A DNA stretch of 63,737 nucleotides, filler included, from Hausera hauseri (GCA_046269625.1; 12 parts of 12 records of this genome joined end to end with filler, not necessarily neighbours in it); one strand, 5' to 3'. Shown: positions 49,820 through 61,319, numbered from the whole stretch's first letter. The notes: generated from the sequence alone by a model not told the origin. Numbers and translations: made by a program.

Positions 49820-52474
49820 ACCAGAAAGTACGCCGACAGTAGAGTTACATGGATCGTGTTCAAAAACACAGAGTTTGACCAATGGTCTAAGTATTTTGAA
49901 TGTTGAGAGGACTGATGATACAATGCCTCACCAAATGATCTCGTTCTTACCGGTAATACTTGGATTTTTACGGGATAATATCGTGTTCAAAATACTTTTT
50001 GATGAGTTCGGAAAACAAAATATCACTTTTGAATGTAAGTCGATTGATGATGTATTTATATTTTCTGTAAAGATTCTTAAATTTCGAATACATCATGATA
50101 ACAAATCTCGGGTGGTATATTTAATGAACAGATTACTGACACATTGTACAATTACCTATGTAACGCAGTCACACGAATTCAACGATCAGCGACATAATAC
50201 GGATGAAAGTAGTTTACGAACTCTCGATGTGTTGATGTCTCGCCGACTAAACCTAACATTAGTTCAACGATATGGGCCAGCGATTTCAAATGGAATTTCG
50301 ACTCTTCAATCTGATTCACTTACGGAACTTGCATCTACTTTGTCCATGTGTCCGAGACAAATGGACTCAAAGATATTGGACTCACCGGCTGCCACCAATA
50401 ATACCGAGAAACCTGTTCCGAGAAAGTCGGTTGTATTTAAATTGCAGTCAAAGGATTGTCCATACTCGGTATTTGAACAAGTAATCACTAATATGGACTT
50501 TGCCAAAACGGACCTAACCTGCACACAATTGAAATGCATCATGACTTTGGTTTTTCGAGAATGCTCCAGTCATTGACAGAAGACCTTCTGTCGGGTATTC
50601 AGAGGGAAATTCCGAATGTCTGGATAAAACATCCAGAAGAGGTTAACACCATTGTGCATGTCTTGTTGGTACAGTCTCAAAATGCTCGACTACAGCACTG
50701 CAATCGTTTTGCTGCAAGATTGGCCATGTTCGCGTCTAATATTTTGAATGAGGTAAATCAGCAAAATAGTGCTGTAAACAATTCATCCAGTCGATTTTTG
50801 AAAACTCAACATTCTTTTACACTTGAAATGCAACAAGGAAATTATAAATGCGTTGTTGACAAAAATATCTGTGGAAAATATCACTTATCCCGGTTATACA
50901 GTAATTCCCGATGCTCCAGAGGCAAAGGAGATGATTACTTTGTCTATATCGAATTGGGAAGAAAATGGTTTAAAATTAAATAAGGCCTGGTTTGTAGCGG
51001 CTGTCGCAAAATATGTTTCGACCTTTGGTTATGAAGATGCAAAATACATGGAATTACTAAAAGAACGCATAAGCATCTTAAAAACGAGTATCGAACGTCC
51101 GGACGGTGGTTTTCAACTTCTTATTGTGGAACAACTTAGTTTACATAATGCAAAGCTTTTCATTCATTCAGAGTGTGTTGAACCATTGATAACTAAGATG
51201 GAGAAGATCTCAATGTTGCTGCAACATTCAATGAAGGTATTTGCAAAAATTAAATTCCGATTATCCGTCCTGTGGAATAGGAATGACGATTCTGTATAGT
51301 TCATAAAAATTGTCAATGCTTATGATAGTGTTTATGGTATTATATGCAAGACAAAGCTCCTTCTTGGTATTGCTTGTAGGGCACAACGAAAATTTGTTGA
51401 TGGAGACATTGACAGATCTGCCCTTTGCGTGCCAAATTCTGGTTTGGATATATGTAGGAGTCTTAGTCTTCTATAACCAAGAATCGAAGTCGAATTTTTA
51501 CTAATAATTGGACGTGTTAAAAGATTCCTTGTACTGAAACAATCCGTTAAGCCGACAGTGACGATACCTAACCTGGTTGAGGCTTTGAAATTAGCTGCAA
51601 TGTCCTTCAAGTACTTCGGGATAAAAAACATTTCGATCTAGCCATGCCATTTATTACATATAGTAACATGAGTTCAGAATCATTCAACGCGTGTGGTGAA
51701 ATTGTGTCAAATGCAATTTTGCGCAAGTCTGCTAAACAAACAAGTACAAGTAAAGAAGGAACTGATCAAACCACTTCGAACGAATCTGCGAAATTCCGAA
51801 AACTGGCTTGGTTGAGTATACAATTTATCAGCTATGTTAATGATTGCATAAGGAATTTGAATAGCTTGACAAGTAATTCGAGTCACATTGTTCCGAGTGA
51901 TTCTATTAATTGGCGGCCTCTGTCGATTTTGTTCGACTCTTTTGCGTTACAGAAACAGAATTACGCCGACGGAACTCAACTGCTGCCGAATGAGTGAGTA
52001 TTATTTGATCAACGGACATGTTATACAATTGTATTAAAATACCTGTCCATGGCATCTGATTTCGGTTTGAACAAGCCTGTTAGAAGATTCCAACAGTGTC
52101 TGGTGGCGTTCTCCGAGTGTGTATCCCTCCGTCCAATCGACACTCGTCACTTACGAATTTTCTGGACCAGGCCACATTGACGCCTCCTTGGACGTACCGA
52201 GAGTCAACGAAAACCTCATTCGGACAGGTTGGTGGAATTCTTTTTACTGATTTGTGCCGCCCAGTGCGACCATTTTTCGGACGTGCATAAATCTTTAGTA
52301 AACAAAATCAGTTTTAACTTTAAAGGTCTTTTAAGTTCAAAAACTTTGGATATACTTTCATCACAATCATCATTTGCCGCTACTCTTCTTAACCAAAAGG
52401 TAACCGCCCAAGACCCCCGTGCTTTTCAATGTTCCCTTGGGGTAACCTTTATTATTTCGTCCAGTTCCGCATAA
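49820..52474 (+). pseudogene. Large helical (HEAT/ARM-like) host protein, heavily frameshifted, unidentified
   Basis: A chain of overlapping plus-strand ORFs with Leu-rich helical sequence; no diagnostic motif recognised. Confidence 0.35.
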
Positions 52475-52954
52475 ATTTTCTGCGGGTGGGAATTTTTTAT
52501 TGATTTTAAAATCGGTCATTTGAGGAATGTAAACCTGTAGAGCATTGTCGTCTTGTGCTTTGGTACTTTTCTTTTGGTGAAAAGATTCTATTTGTCGAGA
52601 ATCCGAGGGGTTGAGACTGGCCGAAAGTGTGTGATTATATCCAAATGAAAATAATTTTACTTCAACGTCAATTACCGACTGTATTGGCACGTATAAATAT
52701 TTGTCACAAGTTAATTCATGTAAACATCGATCACCATAATATTTTTCGTCACATCTTACAAAACACTTTGGGTCGGATACGTTGTACGATAACTTAACAC
52801 GCAATTCCGGGTCTTCTACTGTCATATTTAGTCGTTCGTCCGGCAGAATAACGATACTATCCGATATGTGTAATGATTTTTGACGCTTTTTGGCAATATA
52901 TTTGTTTGTTTCGTTTGTGTTTCGATTTAAGTGCATTTGGGAATTATCAGACAA
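52370..52954 (-). CDS. ORF containing a DSL-like (Delta/Serrate) Cys motif
   Basis: LRVKLSY...CFVRCDEKYYGDRC resembles the start of the DSL domain (RVxCDxxYYGxxC). The rest of the DSL and the EGF repeats are absent. Confidence 0.35.
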   Translation of the reverse strand: MSDNSQMHLNRNTNETNKYIAKKRQKSLHISDSIVILPDERLNMTVEDPELRVKLSYNVSDPKCFVRCDEKYYGDRCLHELTCDKYLYVPIQSVIDVEVKLFSFGYNHTLSASLNPSDSRQIESFHQKKSTKAQDDNALQVYIPQMTDFKINKKFPPAENLCGTGRNNKGYPKGTLKSTGVLGGYLLVKKSSGK

Positions 52955-53937
52955 AATTACTGTTTATCCACACTTTATACAGTGTTTCATAAAATGAATT
53001 AATTCAATAAAGCTTGACAGAAATCTGATAATAAAAAAACAAACTATTCGCAAATATATCGTAATAAAAATCAGATTAAAATTGCCGAATCTTCAAAATT
53101 GAGAAATCCAATATAAGTAGAAAATGTAATATGGCGCTAATAAAGTCAAATTAAAAAATTGCAAGTGTATTATTAAAACAAAAATTTTTAAACACATAAA
53201 AATGTCACAACAAATGACATATAAAAGGGCTAGAAACTCCGTCAACATTAACAAGTACGACAAATGCAGAAATTACGTTGGAGAAACGTGGAAAACGAAT
53301 TAAGATCACAAGCCATTGTTGAACTTTTATACAACACATTTTCTTCATACGATGATCACCTTTCTTTCATAGGAGGAATTTGATTACTGTCATTATTAAA
53401 TTGGAAGACAGACAATTGGACTGTTTCGTTATTAGAAATATTTGAGTTAGTCGTAAAGGTATTTTTCAGATTCAACATATTTTTTTACCAAATTTATTCG
53501 ATACACTACGTTGCAAGTAAATATTTTTATTATTTCTCACATTTCGTTTGTCCGTCGGTTTGAGTATAAATCTTTCGGATAACAGGCGAAGTATTCGATT
53601 CGAAAAACGGTTTCAATGGTAAAACTGTTTAAAAATCGTTCAGAACTTATTCACTGCCACCACCGTAACGGCTTTTTTGGGCATTTGGAGTATTTGGAAC
53701 TGAAAAACTGTTAACATTGGTATTTTGTTTAGTTCGTAAATATGAGCGTTTATCGTTTTTGCAATACCGGAGAGAGCACGAAGTAGGATTTCTTGATTAA
53801 CTGGTCATCGCGTGGACGCGATCAATGATGGATGGCAATCGGGAACACCTTTTTGATTTTGATTTTTAGAGCGAAAAGGTGGACCCGACTACTGATCCGA
53901 CGCGGCGACAACAGACGCCCGGCCTCGCCCAACCAAA

Positions 53938-55196
53938 ATGGGCCAAAGGGCACCGGCCGTGATAAACACAACAACCTCATTGCAATTTTCTTTCCTGGTC
54001 TTTAGCAATAATCAACACATTAAAACCATTACAGCTCCACTCAACGCCACAGCGCAGCTTCTATACACCTCTTTATCCTAATCACTCAACACTTCTAATT
54101 TCTATTTCACACATCAAGGTCTTATTGTACATCCTTCCGACTCGCTTTTGCCATTCACTTGCCCCGAACGTCCGATCATTTATCTCATGCTCCACTTCCG
54201 CCTTCGGGGTGGATCGGACCAAAATCCATCTTTCTCGGATAATAAATCCACAAATACAAGCAACATCTATCGTTTGCTACACTCCCAACAATCACGAACT
54301 TCCTTAAATCTACCTTGTGTGGATTTCTTTCTTGACAAAAACAACCCCAGCAAACCATGGCTCAAATTCCACCAACAATGGCTAAAATCAAAAAACATCA
54401 CCGACTCCTTTGTGCGAGCTAATAGTCTTTTCATACTTCTGCCTGCCAACGTCAAGCAGCAGATCAGTAACATCTCCGAACTGCTCCTATCATCGACACC
54501 ATACAAAACACTGTGTAAGGCTGTACTCCATATCACCGATCTTTCGATAGATCACATTATACGAAAATACTTTAACAGTGATGCGATAGGAAACCAAAAG
54601 CCATCCGATTTTTTCCAAACGGCGATTCTGCAGCTTAGCGCTTTAGAAGTAACACGTGCGAATAACGCAGATATAATTTGCTGTTATTTTTTGTCATCTT
54701 TGTCTACGTCAATCAGAGCCTTGCTCACCGTTTCGACGAGTTTACTGCTATCGAAAAACTGGCCATAATGGCCGACAAAACCTTTGAGATTCTCAACACC
54801 AATAATTCTCTCCAAATTGCGGCTGCAACTATATATGCTCCAACTACACACACAACATTATTCACTCAACAATTGCAAATGATGTGGCAACAGTTTGACA
54901 AGTTGCAGCAGTCAGTTTCGGCCATTACTACCCAACTAAACAATCTTAATTGGCCTCGACGAAGTGACACCAGACCTTCAAGGGAGTGAAGCACTTCAAG
55001 ACACTCGACTCTATCCATTTCACGTAGCGGACGTATAACTTGCTTCTATCATACGCGTTTTCGAAAGGATGCAAGGAAGTGCTTCTTGAGCTGTCGATTC
55101 TATAGCGAACGATACGTTGTAAACAGCCCTATTTGCATATACCACAACAAATATCAGTCACAGGCCAGGTCATGTGTGCCTGGTTGTAAACACTAA
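53938..55196 (+). pseudogene. Gypsy gag with N-terminal ubiquitin-like domain (53980-54213, ending RLRGG) and two C-terminal C-x-Y-H...C...C knuckles
   Basis: Capsid motifs PYKTL, IGNQKPSDF, FLSSL..SIRALL and LAIMADK; knuckles CFYHTRF..DARKC...C and CIYHNKY...ARSC...C. Stop at 54079-54081, frameshift near 54730. Confidence 0.85.
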
Positions 55197-55303
55197 AAAG
55201 ATANNNNNNNNNNNNNNNNNNNNNNNNNNNNNNNNNNNNNNNNNNNNTTAATTAATTAANNNNNNNNNNNNNNNNNNNNNNNNNNNNNNNNNNNNNNNNN
55301 NNN

Positions 55304-55915
55304 AGGTCTACTGTCATCATCTGACTGAAGCTTTTTGACTGCAACTCTGCAGCTTTTTTCTAAATTGGGCTTGGGTTTGACTTTGGAAAACCACTGCCTT
55401 CGTTGAGGCGTTGTTTTTTCTGCGACAGCTGAACTTGAAACTTCAACATTTGTTAGTACTTTTTCCTCAGTTTTTCTATTTTGCTCAGAGGCTGTGCTTT
55501 GAGGTCTTCTTACAGCCTGCGTTGTTGTCGAGTTTCCTGTGTTTGACTGGGCATCCTTTCCATCACTGGCGGATGCAACACAAGGTTCTGTCTGATCTTG
55601 GGCTGAACTGCCCATCTTTGAACTGCTGATTGTTGCGGATTTAACTGTTTGTGAGACATTTATGCTCTCACTTGCTCCACCTTGAGCTGACAGGTTTGCA
55701 TCAGAATCCTGCTCCTTCTCTACGGTGGCCTGCTGTGAACCGAGTTGGGGTTGGACTTCAGATTTGTCATGGGCTTTGGACCTTACAGATCTTGAGGTCT
55801 GTGATAAATTTGGTTTAGGTTTTTGTAAACAACATTCTCTACTAAAATATGTGGTGGGATTGTTAGTGGCTGGTATGAAGCCTCGGCTAGATCCTTCAGG
55901 TGAAGTGAAAATCCT
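55304..55915 (-). CDS. Low-complexity exon fragment resembling vertebrate (teleost) BDP1 (TFIIIB B'') repeat region
   Basis: Open frame of about 200 codons containing LQKPKPNLSQTSR and RRQWFSKVKPKPNL, like BDP1 RRxRFxKPKPNL repeats. Confidence 0.55.
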
Positions 55916-56121
55916 TTCTTATGATGATACTAACAGTACAGTCCAATGGATATGTGCTAATGTTGCTTGTGTCATACCGAATTATTGTTTAAAAAATATA
56001 TATTCTGACTGGGGGTGAGTCAGAATACCCCCAGAAATAGGGATGAGTGCTTATAGTGTTTCACAAAATCTGGTGGAAAGATAATTCAGGACAGCAGGAG
56101 TTGCAATATCATTACATTTGG

Positions 56122-56388
56122 TTAGTATGATTTAGCAGTACAATACCCAAGCACCCCAAAAACATTTGTAAACTCATATAAAACATGGATCAAAAGATTA
56201 AGAAAACCCAATCTAGAACCATGGTGCTCCCAAGTGCGTCGAAATCTTGTGCCTGTAGACCAAACATCAACAAATTCTATAGTGTCTGGATGTACTGTTG
56301 AGTCGGCAGTGACGACAGTAGAGGTGAATGTTCTAAGCTCACCATGATGCCTGCCCCAACGTTGAGTTACTGTAATAATTACTTTCAT
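56122..56388 (-). CDS. Candidate 88-aa retroviral accessory ORF immediately after env
   Basis: The ATG (56388) begins 1 nt after the env TGA; the frame is open to 56122. Confidence 0.3.
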   Translation of the reverse strand: MKVIITVTQRWGRHHGELRTFTSTVVTADSTVHPDTIEFVDVWSTGTRFRRTWEHHGSRLGFLNLLIHVLYEFTNVFGVLGYCTAKSY

Positions 56389-56389
56389 A

Positions 56390-58267
56390 TCAGATAGCCG
56401 AATTATAAAGTTTTTGATTAATTCTATTCTTAATCCTCCTAATGTAACAGCAAGTGAACACATTACACAAAGTTAAAGTTGAGATACATAAGATTAACAT
56501 AAGTAAAGGAGGTACTGCATATTGACGCGCCGTAGATGACATACCTGAAAAGATATCCCACCAATGGTAGGCAGACGCTTGTTCTATAAGTTTAGCCGCA
56601 TGTAGAACCTTGTTCTGGGCAATGTAGGTTGAAACCTGAAGACTGGACACATTGGACTTATGAGACTTGATCATTTCAGTCAACTCTATGGACTCATTCA
56701 ATGCGCATTTTAAATGGTCCAGAGAGACTCGCCATGGTACGTGCAAAACTTGCCATTGTACGGTAGTAAGGCGAGATTCAGAACTATAATTAGTCAAACG
56801 ATAAGTCCGGTTGTTCCAATTCCACAGATACACACCTGTCAAACACCCAGAAAAAGGCACCTTAGGTAACTGAGGATGACTCCTAATTGTGGCCACACAC
56901 AATGTGTGTGGGCCAATCTGCCATAACATGTCTCTCGCTGGTTCATGAGTCCAATCACACAATACCTCGTCTCTGGTTAAACATGGGTTAACATGACCTG
57001 TTTGTAACATACATACCACTCCTTTGTCAGCTGTCTCGCATAAGTCTAAATCATAGGTGAGATTTGTCTGTGGCTCAAACCAATCACCCTGTATTTTCAA
57101 AAACCAATATCCTTGTACAGTTATTACAGGTAAAACATGATACTTGCATACTGTAATTGTGTCAGTTTCATTAACATGATATTGAATCCAATGTCCTTCA
57201 CACATGTTATCATAACATTTTGTCAATTCCGGTTTCAAAGTTACCCAGTAGGAACTGGAAATTTTCCACACCCTCCTCCACTCATGATGGTTCGATGTAG
57301 TAACCACCCTTTGGAAGCGCTCCTTCTGCAGCTGTGCGTGGAAAGATTGCAAGGTACACACAGTCCAATTTAACGCTTCAGTAATATTTTCAAGAATTGT
57401 CTCAGTTTCAGACCACATTTTTGTTTCCCATTTTATTTCTTTCAGAAGAATCTTCGCTGTTTCAGCCTGCGTCAGCACAGATGAAGGCATCCAAACTCCA
57501 ATTTGATGGACAGCCAGTGATGCATGCTGTCCTGTGTTTGAAAGCTTAGTTCTTGTCACCTCTTGATCTATTACATTGGACACACCCAGCACTGTTCCTG
57601 TTCCTCCCAAGAGTGTGTCATACCACGCTCGTTTCATCCTGGAGCAGCGTGGCAGAGGGGGAAAATGTATTTGCCAATGCACATTTACAGTCAATATAGA
57701 TTGGGCCATTCGAGTGCATGAGTGGATAATTGGGGCTAGGTGTGTTTCTGTTGATCTTGTTTTGTTTAACAAAGTCAAAAAGGGAACCCCAAATCGTCCC
57801 CTCCCACTTATCATCGTTGCATTCTCCAACCATCTCATTTTAGTGTTATTTGCTATCCAATTAAACTTAGTCCCATTTTGTGTTGATGAAGTACACTGGG
57901 CTTGTTCATCGGTCACACACAGAGGCACCTTAGCCTCTATCATCAGCCAGCATCCTGTTGATACGAGAGGGACATCAAATCCATTGTGTGCACATTCTTT
58001 GCACATGTATATAGTGCAGTCACTTGATAAATTGGCTATTTTACATTGCTTTCTGGCTGGACATGTAAAATGTTCTTGTGTTCTGTTCACTTTATTATTT
58101 CTTGCCCAGGAGATGCTAAAACTCTCTTGTTCCACCTTAATCAGCACCTGTCCTGGTGTCAGTGAGAAGGTGCTCTCCAGCAGAACCGTGGCACCTACGA
58201 CAAGATACATGATGACCAAAGGGCCTGCACTCCCATCTGACGGGCGCTTGCCACCAGCTCCTCCCAT
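56390..58267 (-). CDS. env: Intact retroviral envelope glycoprotein, class III (ERV-S/snakehead-retrovirus/spuma-like), about 625 aa
   Basis: Signal-like N-terminus, many N-glycosylation sequons, furin site RMKR, fusion peptide AWYDTLLGGTGTVLGVSNVID, heptad region, Cys-rich CET...GVVC...PCL...C, WWDIF and a C-terminal TM. Splice-acceptor candidate at 58325-58326. Confidence 0.85.
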   Translation of the reverse strand: MGGAGGKRPSDGSAGPLVIMYLVVGATVLLESTFSLTPGQVLIKVEQESFSISWARNNKVNRTQEHFTCPARKQCKIANLSSDCTIYMCKECAHNGFDVPLVSTGCWLMIEAKVPLCVTDEQAQCTSSTQNGTKFNWIANNTKMRWLENATMISGRGRFGVPFLTLLNKTRSTETHLAPIIHSCTRMAQSILTVNVHWQIHFPPLPRCSRMKRAWYDTLLGGTGTVLGVSNVIDQEVTRTKLSNTGQHASLAVHQIGVWMPSSVLTQAETAKILLKEIKWETKMWSETETILENITEALNWTVCTLQSFHAQLQKERFQRVVTTSNHHEWRRVWKISSSYWVTLKPELTKCYDNMCEGHWIQYHVNETDTITVCKYHVLPVITVQGYWFLKIQGDWFEPQTNLTYDLDLCETADKGVVCMLQTGHVNPCLTRDEVLCDWTHEPARDMLWQIGPHTLCVATIRSHPQLPKVPFSGCLTGVYLWNWNNRTYRLTNYSSESRLTTVQWQVLHVPWRVSLDHLKCALNESIELTEMIKSHKSNVSSLQVSTYIAQNKVLHAAKLIEQASAYHWWDIFSGMSSTARQYAVPPLLMLILCISTLTLCNVFTCCYIRRIKNRINQKLYNSAI

Positions 58268-58367
58268 TCTGAGTCCTGGGCGGTCCTCGATCGTCCATCC
58301 AGCAAAGATCAAAGAAACACCAAGCTGTTGAGACAAGAAAACTGCTTTCAACAAAAAGAAAGGAGAA

Positions 58368-59040
58368 TTAGTTTTCTCTTTTATAACATTTATAAATTGG
58401 TACATTCACCCTTTTCTTTTCCTCCCCTAAATACAATATTGAGACTCTCGCCTCCTTGTGCCTCTTTTTTTTTTTTACAGCACGAGGAGGATTATTTTCC
58501 TGTCTCACCCACAATTTGGCCCCTGGCTGATTTGTGGAGCCAAAATCACCTGTCCCTCTGACAGTTACTGTAGTGGGTGCAGGAATTTCCATTACTGCAG
58601 ACATGTCACATGGTTTCATGAGCAGCTGTGCTTTTCGTAACACCAAGAGACTTTTTCTCCCCTTGGAATAGTGAGCCCTTTGACTCCAGCTTGCTTAAAT
58701 CAAAGTCAGCAGATCTGGGAGTTGCTTTGAACAGGCAACTTCAGCTTTGTTGTCAATTCTTCACATTGTAATCAGCTCTTCATCTCAGGTGTCATACACC
58801 TTAATCATTCAATTTAAGGGGGTGGTACCTGATGCAATGGAATTTTATTATTCAATTGAGACACAACCTGCAAGAAATTCAATTTTCATTTGGTTAAATC
58901 ACATTTGTCATTCAATTTTTTTTTCAACATTTCTTTCAATAATTCATTCATTCTCTTAATCAATCCTTTACATGTTTTCCAGTAAAAATAAGTCCCATTA
59001 TCTGTTTGTATGTACATGGGAACCCCACAAAAATGTCTCT
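58368..59040 (-). pseudogene. Deleted ERV pol remnants: integrase core and post-integrase dUTPase
   Basis: GVPMYIQTDNGTYF and GLIKRMNELLKEML (integrase); KATPRSADFDL (dUTPase motif I), KAQLL (motif IV) and RGTGDFGST (motif V). Motifs II and III are deleted. Confidence 0.8.
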
Positions 59041-59723
59041 AATGTTCTCCAACATTTCACTGTTGACACCTGGTTTCAAAGACATTGTCAAAAGCTGTCT
59101 GTTGTTTTTCTCCCCAAACAGACTCCTCATTTAACGGTGATGTTAATCTGTTGTTTACAAAATAAAAATATGCTTTCCAAACAATGTGATATCCACTTCA
59201 GCCATCCTAATTTTCCCTTCTGTTTTATTTCACTTCTTCCTTCGGCCTTTCCCTTTTCAGGGGTCGCCACAGCGAGTCATCCTCCTCCACCTCACTCTGT
59301 CCTCACTCCAACCACCTTCATGTCCTCTCTAACTGCATCACAAATCACTCCTGAAACTTCTCTCCATCCACTTACAAGAACTCTGACTCGTTTACTCTAA
59401 TATAAAAAATCCAATTCTTAGAACTAAGTAAGCACTTAACCTTTTGGCTCACACAGGCCACCGTACACCGCAGTCTAGCTCAGAAAATCTCCAGATGTAG
59501 TTCCTTAGGTCACATCCTGTATCCTGTATAAGCTATTCCACACGTNNNNNNNNNNNNNNNNNNNNNNNNNNNNNNNNNNNNNNNNNNNNTTAATTAATTA
59601 ANNNNNNNNNNNNNNNNNNNNNNNNNNNNNNNNNNNNNNNNNNNNATATCAAACAATGAAAAGAAATTTTATTTAAAAACACTAACACAATTGGAATGTC
59701 ATGAAGTAAAGTTGTTTTCATAA

Positions 59724-61071
59724 TTATTTCTCAAGTAACCACACTTCATTTCGACGATCTCTCAGATCCCATGGTTTGTTATAAAGAGCTTTCCCGTAAA
59801 TTCCATTATAGTACAATTCTGTATTATTTACTGCTGATACGAGACTTCTGTACTGTTGTTTCCAGTCGTCCTTTTCAAGTATCAACCCACCAAAGGATCT
59901 AAATAGCATGTGTAATTTAATACTTATTTACCGATTTTGAAAATATTTTTCTATCTACTTTGACACCCATTTCATTCTTCAATATTTTCGGAGGACGAAT
60001 GTTATATAATTATCAATGCATATATTCTTCTGATTTTCGTAGATTTTTCGCATTTTCATGGTTAGTAATTGTACGTTTTGAAATTACTTATGCATATTTA
60101 TGATTAAGTAAGAAATTTGAAATGGTTTGAATTGCTGCATTCCTGCATTGAATTTTGCCCTTCTACACCCTTTGTCATATATTAAGATACATTGACATGT
60201 ATGTATCTAATTTTTAATTGACTTTATATATTTAATTACTTAACTTAAATAAATATTTATTAGAAATATTCTCAAACGGGATTATACGCAATATTTACCA
60301 TTGACGACTAAATGTAATTATTATAAAATTATTATGTTCAATACATTTACATGCTAGAATCGATATACATTCTGATAAATCTCATTCAGAATTATTAATT
60401 GAACTATTAGTTGATTTTTTTTTTCATTAAGCAACTCAAATTGACAATGGATGTACATTCATGGATTTTATGGTGTAAAACATTGCGCTGCAGAATCGAC
60501 GACCTAAGTGTCGAAAACGATACTTATTCATCATCCAAATTAAAGAAAAGTCACCTACTATTTTAAAGAAAATGATTTACTTGACATATACTTTTCGTGA
60601 TGGTTGATTCTTCAAGAAAACCTCAGGATGATTTGGTTTTGGGGCATTAGGTTTTGGTAGGTACATGAATAAAGTAAAATCTTGCGCTCCAGGAATAACG
60701 ACGGTTACAAACGGTACTCCAGGCATGATGATTTCGCCTATGCAACGCTAAAACTGGCGTTAAAGAAAAAGTCGTACCTTTGCTGTTATTTCCAGAAAGG
60801 TATGCAGTAAGTCTGACCAATTGCGTCTGCTGAGCAAACTGGTATGGCAGACCTTTAACTGTAGTATAAACCCATTGCGTCTTTTCGTATTGTCGAACTT
60901 CGTAGCCCTTTATGTTAGAATTGAATCACAATGAAAATTATCGTGAATATCACTCACCTTTCTCTTTTCTAACACCTTAAATGGTGGACACATCTGACCT
61001 TGACAAAAAGACGGCGCCTCAGCAAAACACGCTGCAAACATCGCACAAATTAACAAAACGATGAGCTTCAT
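59724..61071 (-). CDS. Secreted SOUL/heme-binding family protein; 4 exons (61071-60958, 60907-60778, 60737-60581, 59898-59724), 191 aa
   Basis: Signal peptide; CPPFKV, YEVRQY...WV, RLTAYLSGNN, PKPNHPEV, VYVKSFGG and RRNEVW. GT-AG introns of 50, 40 and 682 nt give a continuous frame. Confidence 0.9.
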
Positions 61072-61319
61072 TTTCGTTGGACAATTCGATATCAAAAATC
61101 GAGTCAATTTATATCGCAATTTTTATCTTATCCAAATTGAAGTCGATGAGATGAATTGTGAAACTACTTGACCTTTTAGTTATTTATCGATATTATTTTG
61201 ACTAATCTTTGAACGTAAATTTGATGTTACGACTATGGCCTTTGTCAATTGAATTTCGATGTTTTTGTTGATTTTTGGTTGTGGAAGGTGATACTTATTG
61301 ATGCCTGCACAATAATTAT

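Noticed and set aside
49820-52474. Assignment to huntingtin, NF1 or EPG5
   Set aside because: No diagnostic motif could be matched by eye, so it is left unnamed.
57576-58331. 251-aa antisense ORF over env (HBZ/ASP-like)
   Set aside because: It starts at a non-ATG codon, has no motif and is explicable as a shadow of the env frame.
59250-59270. tRNA-Lys-like PBS (TGGCGACCCCTGAAAAGGGA on the minus strand)
   Set aside because: The match is imperfect, it is not preceded by a CA LTR end, and no paired LTR was found.
13572-59645. Operon-like linkage of pPolB, Notch-like, DSL-like and env genes
   Set aside because: They lie on separate contigs joined artificially, so no physical linkage can be inferred.
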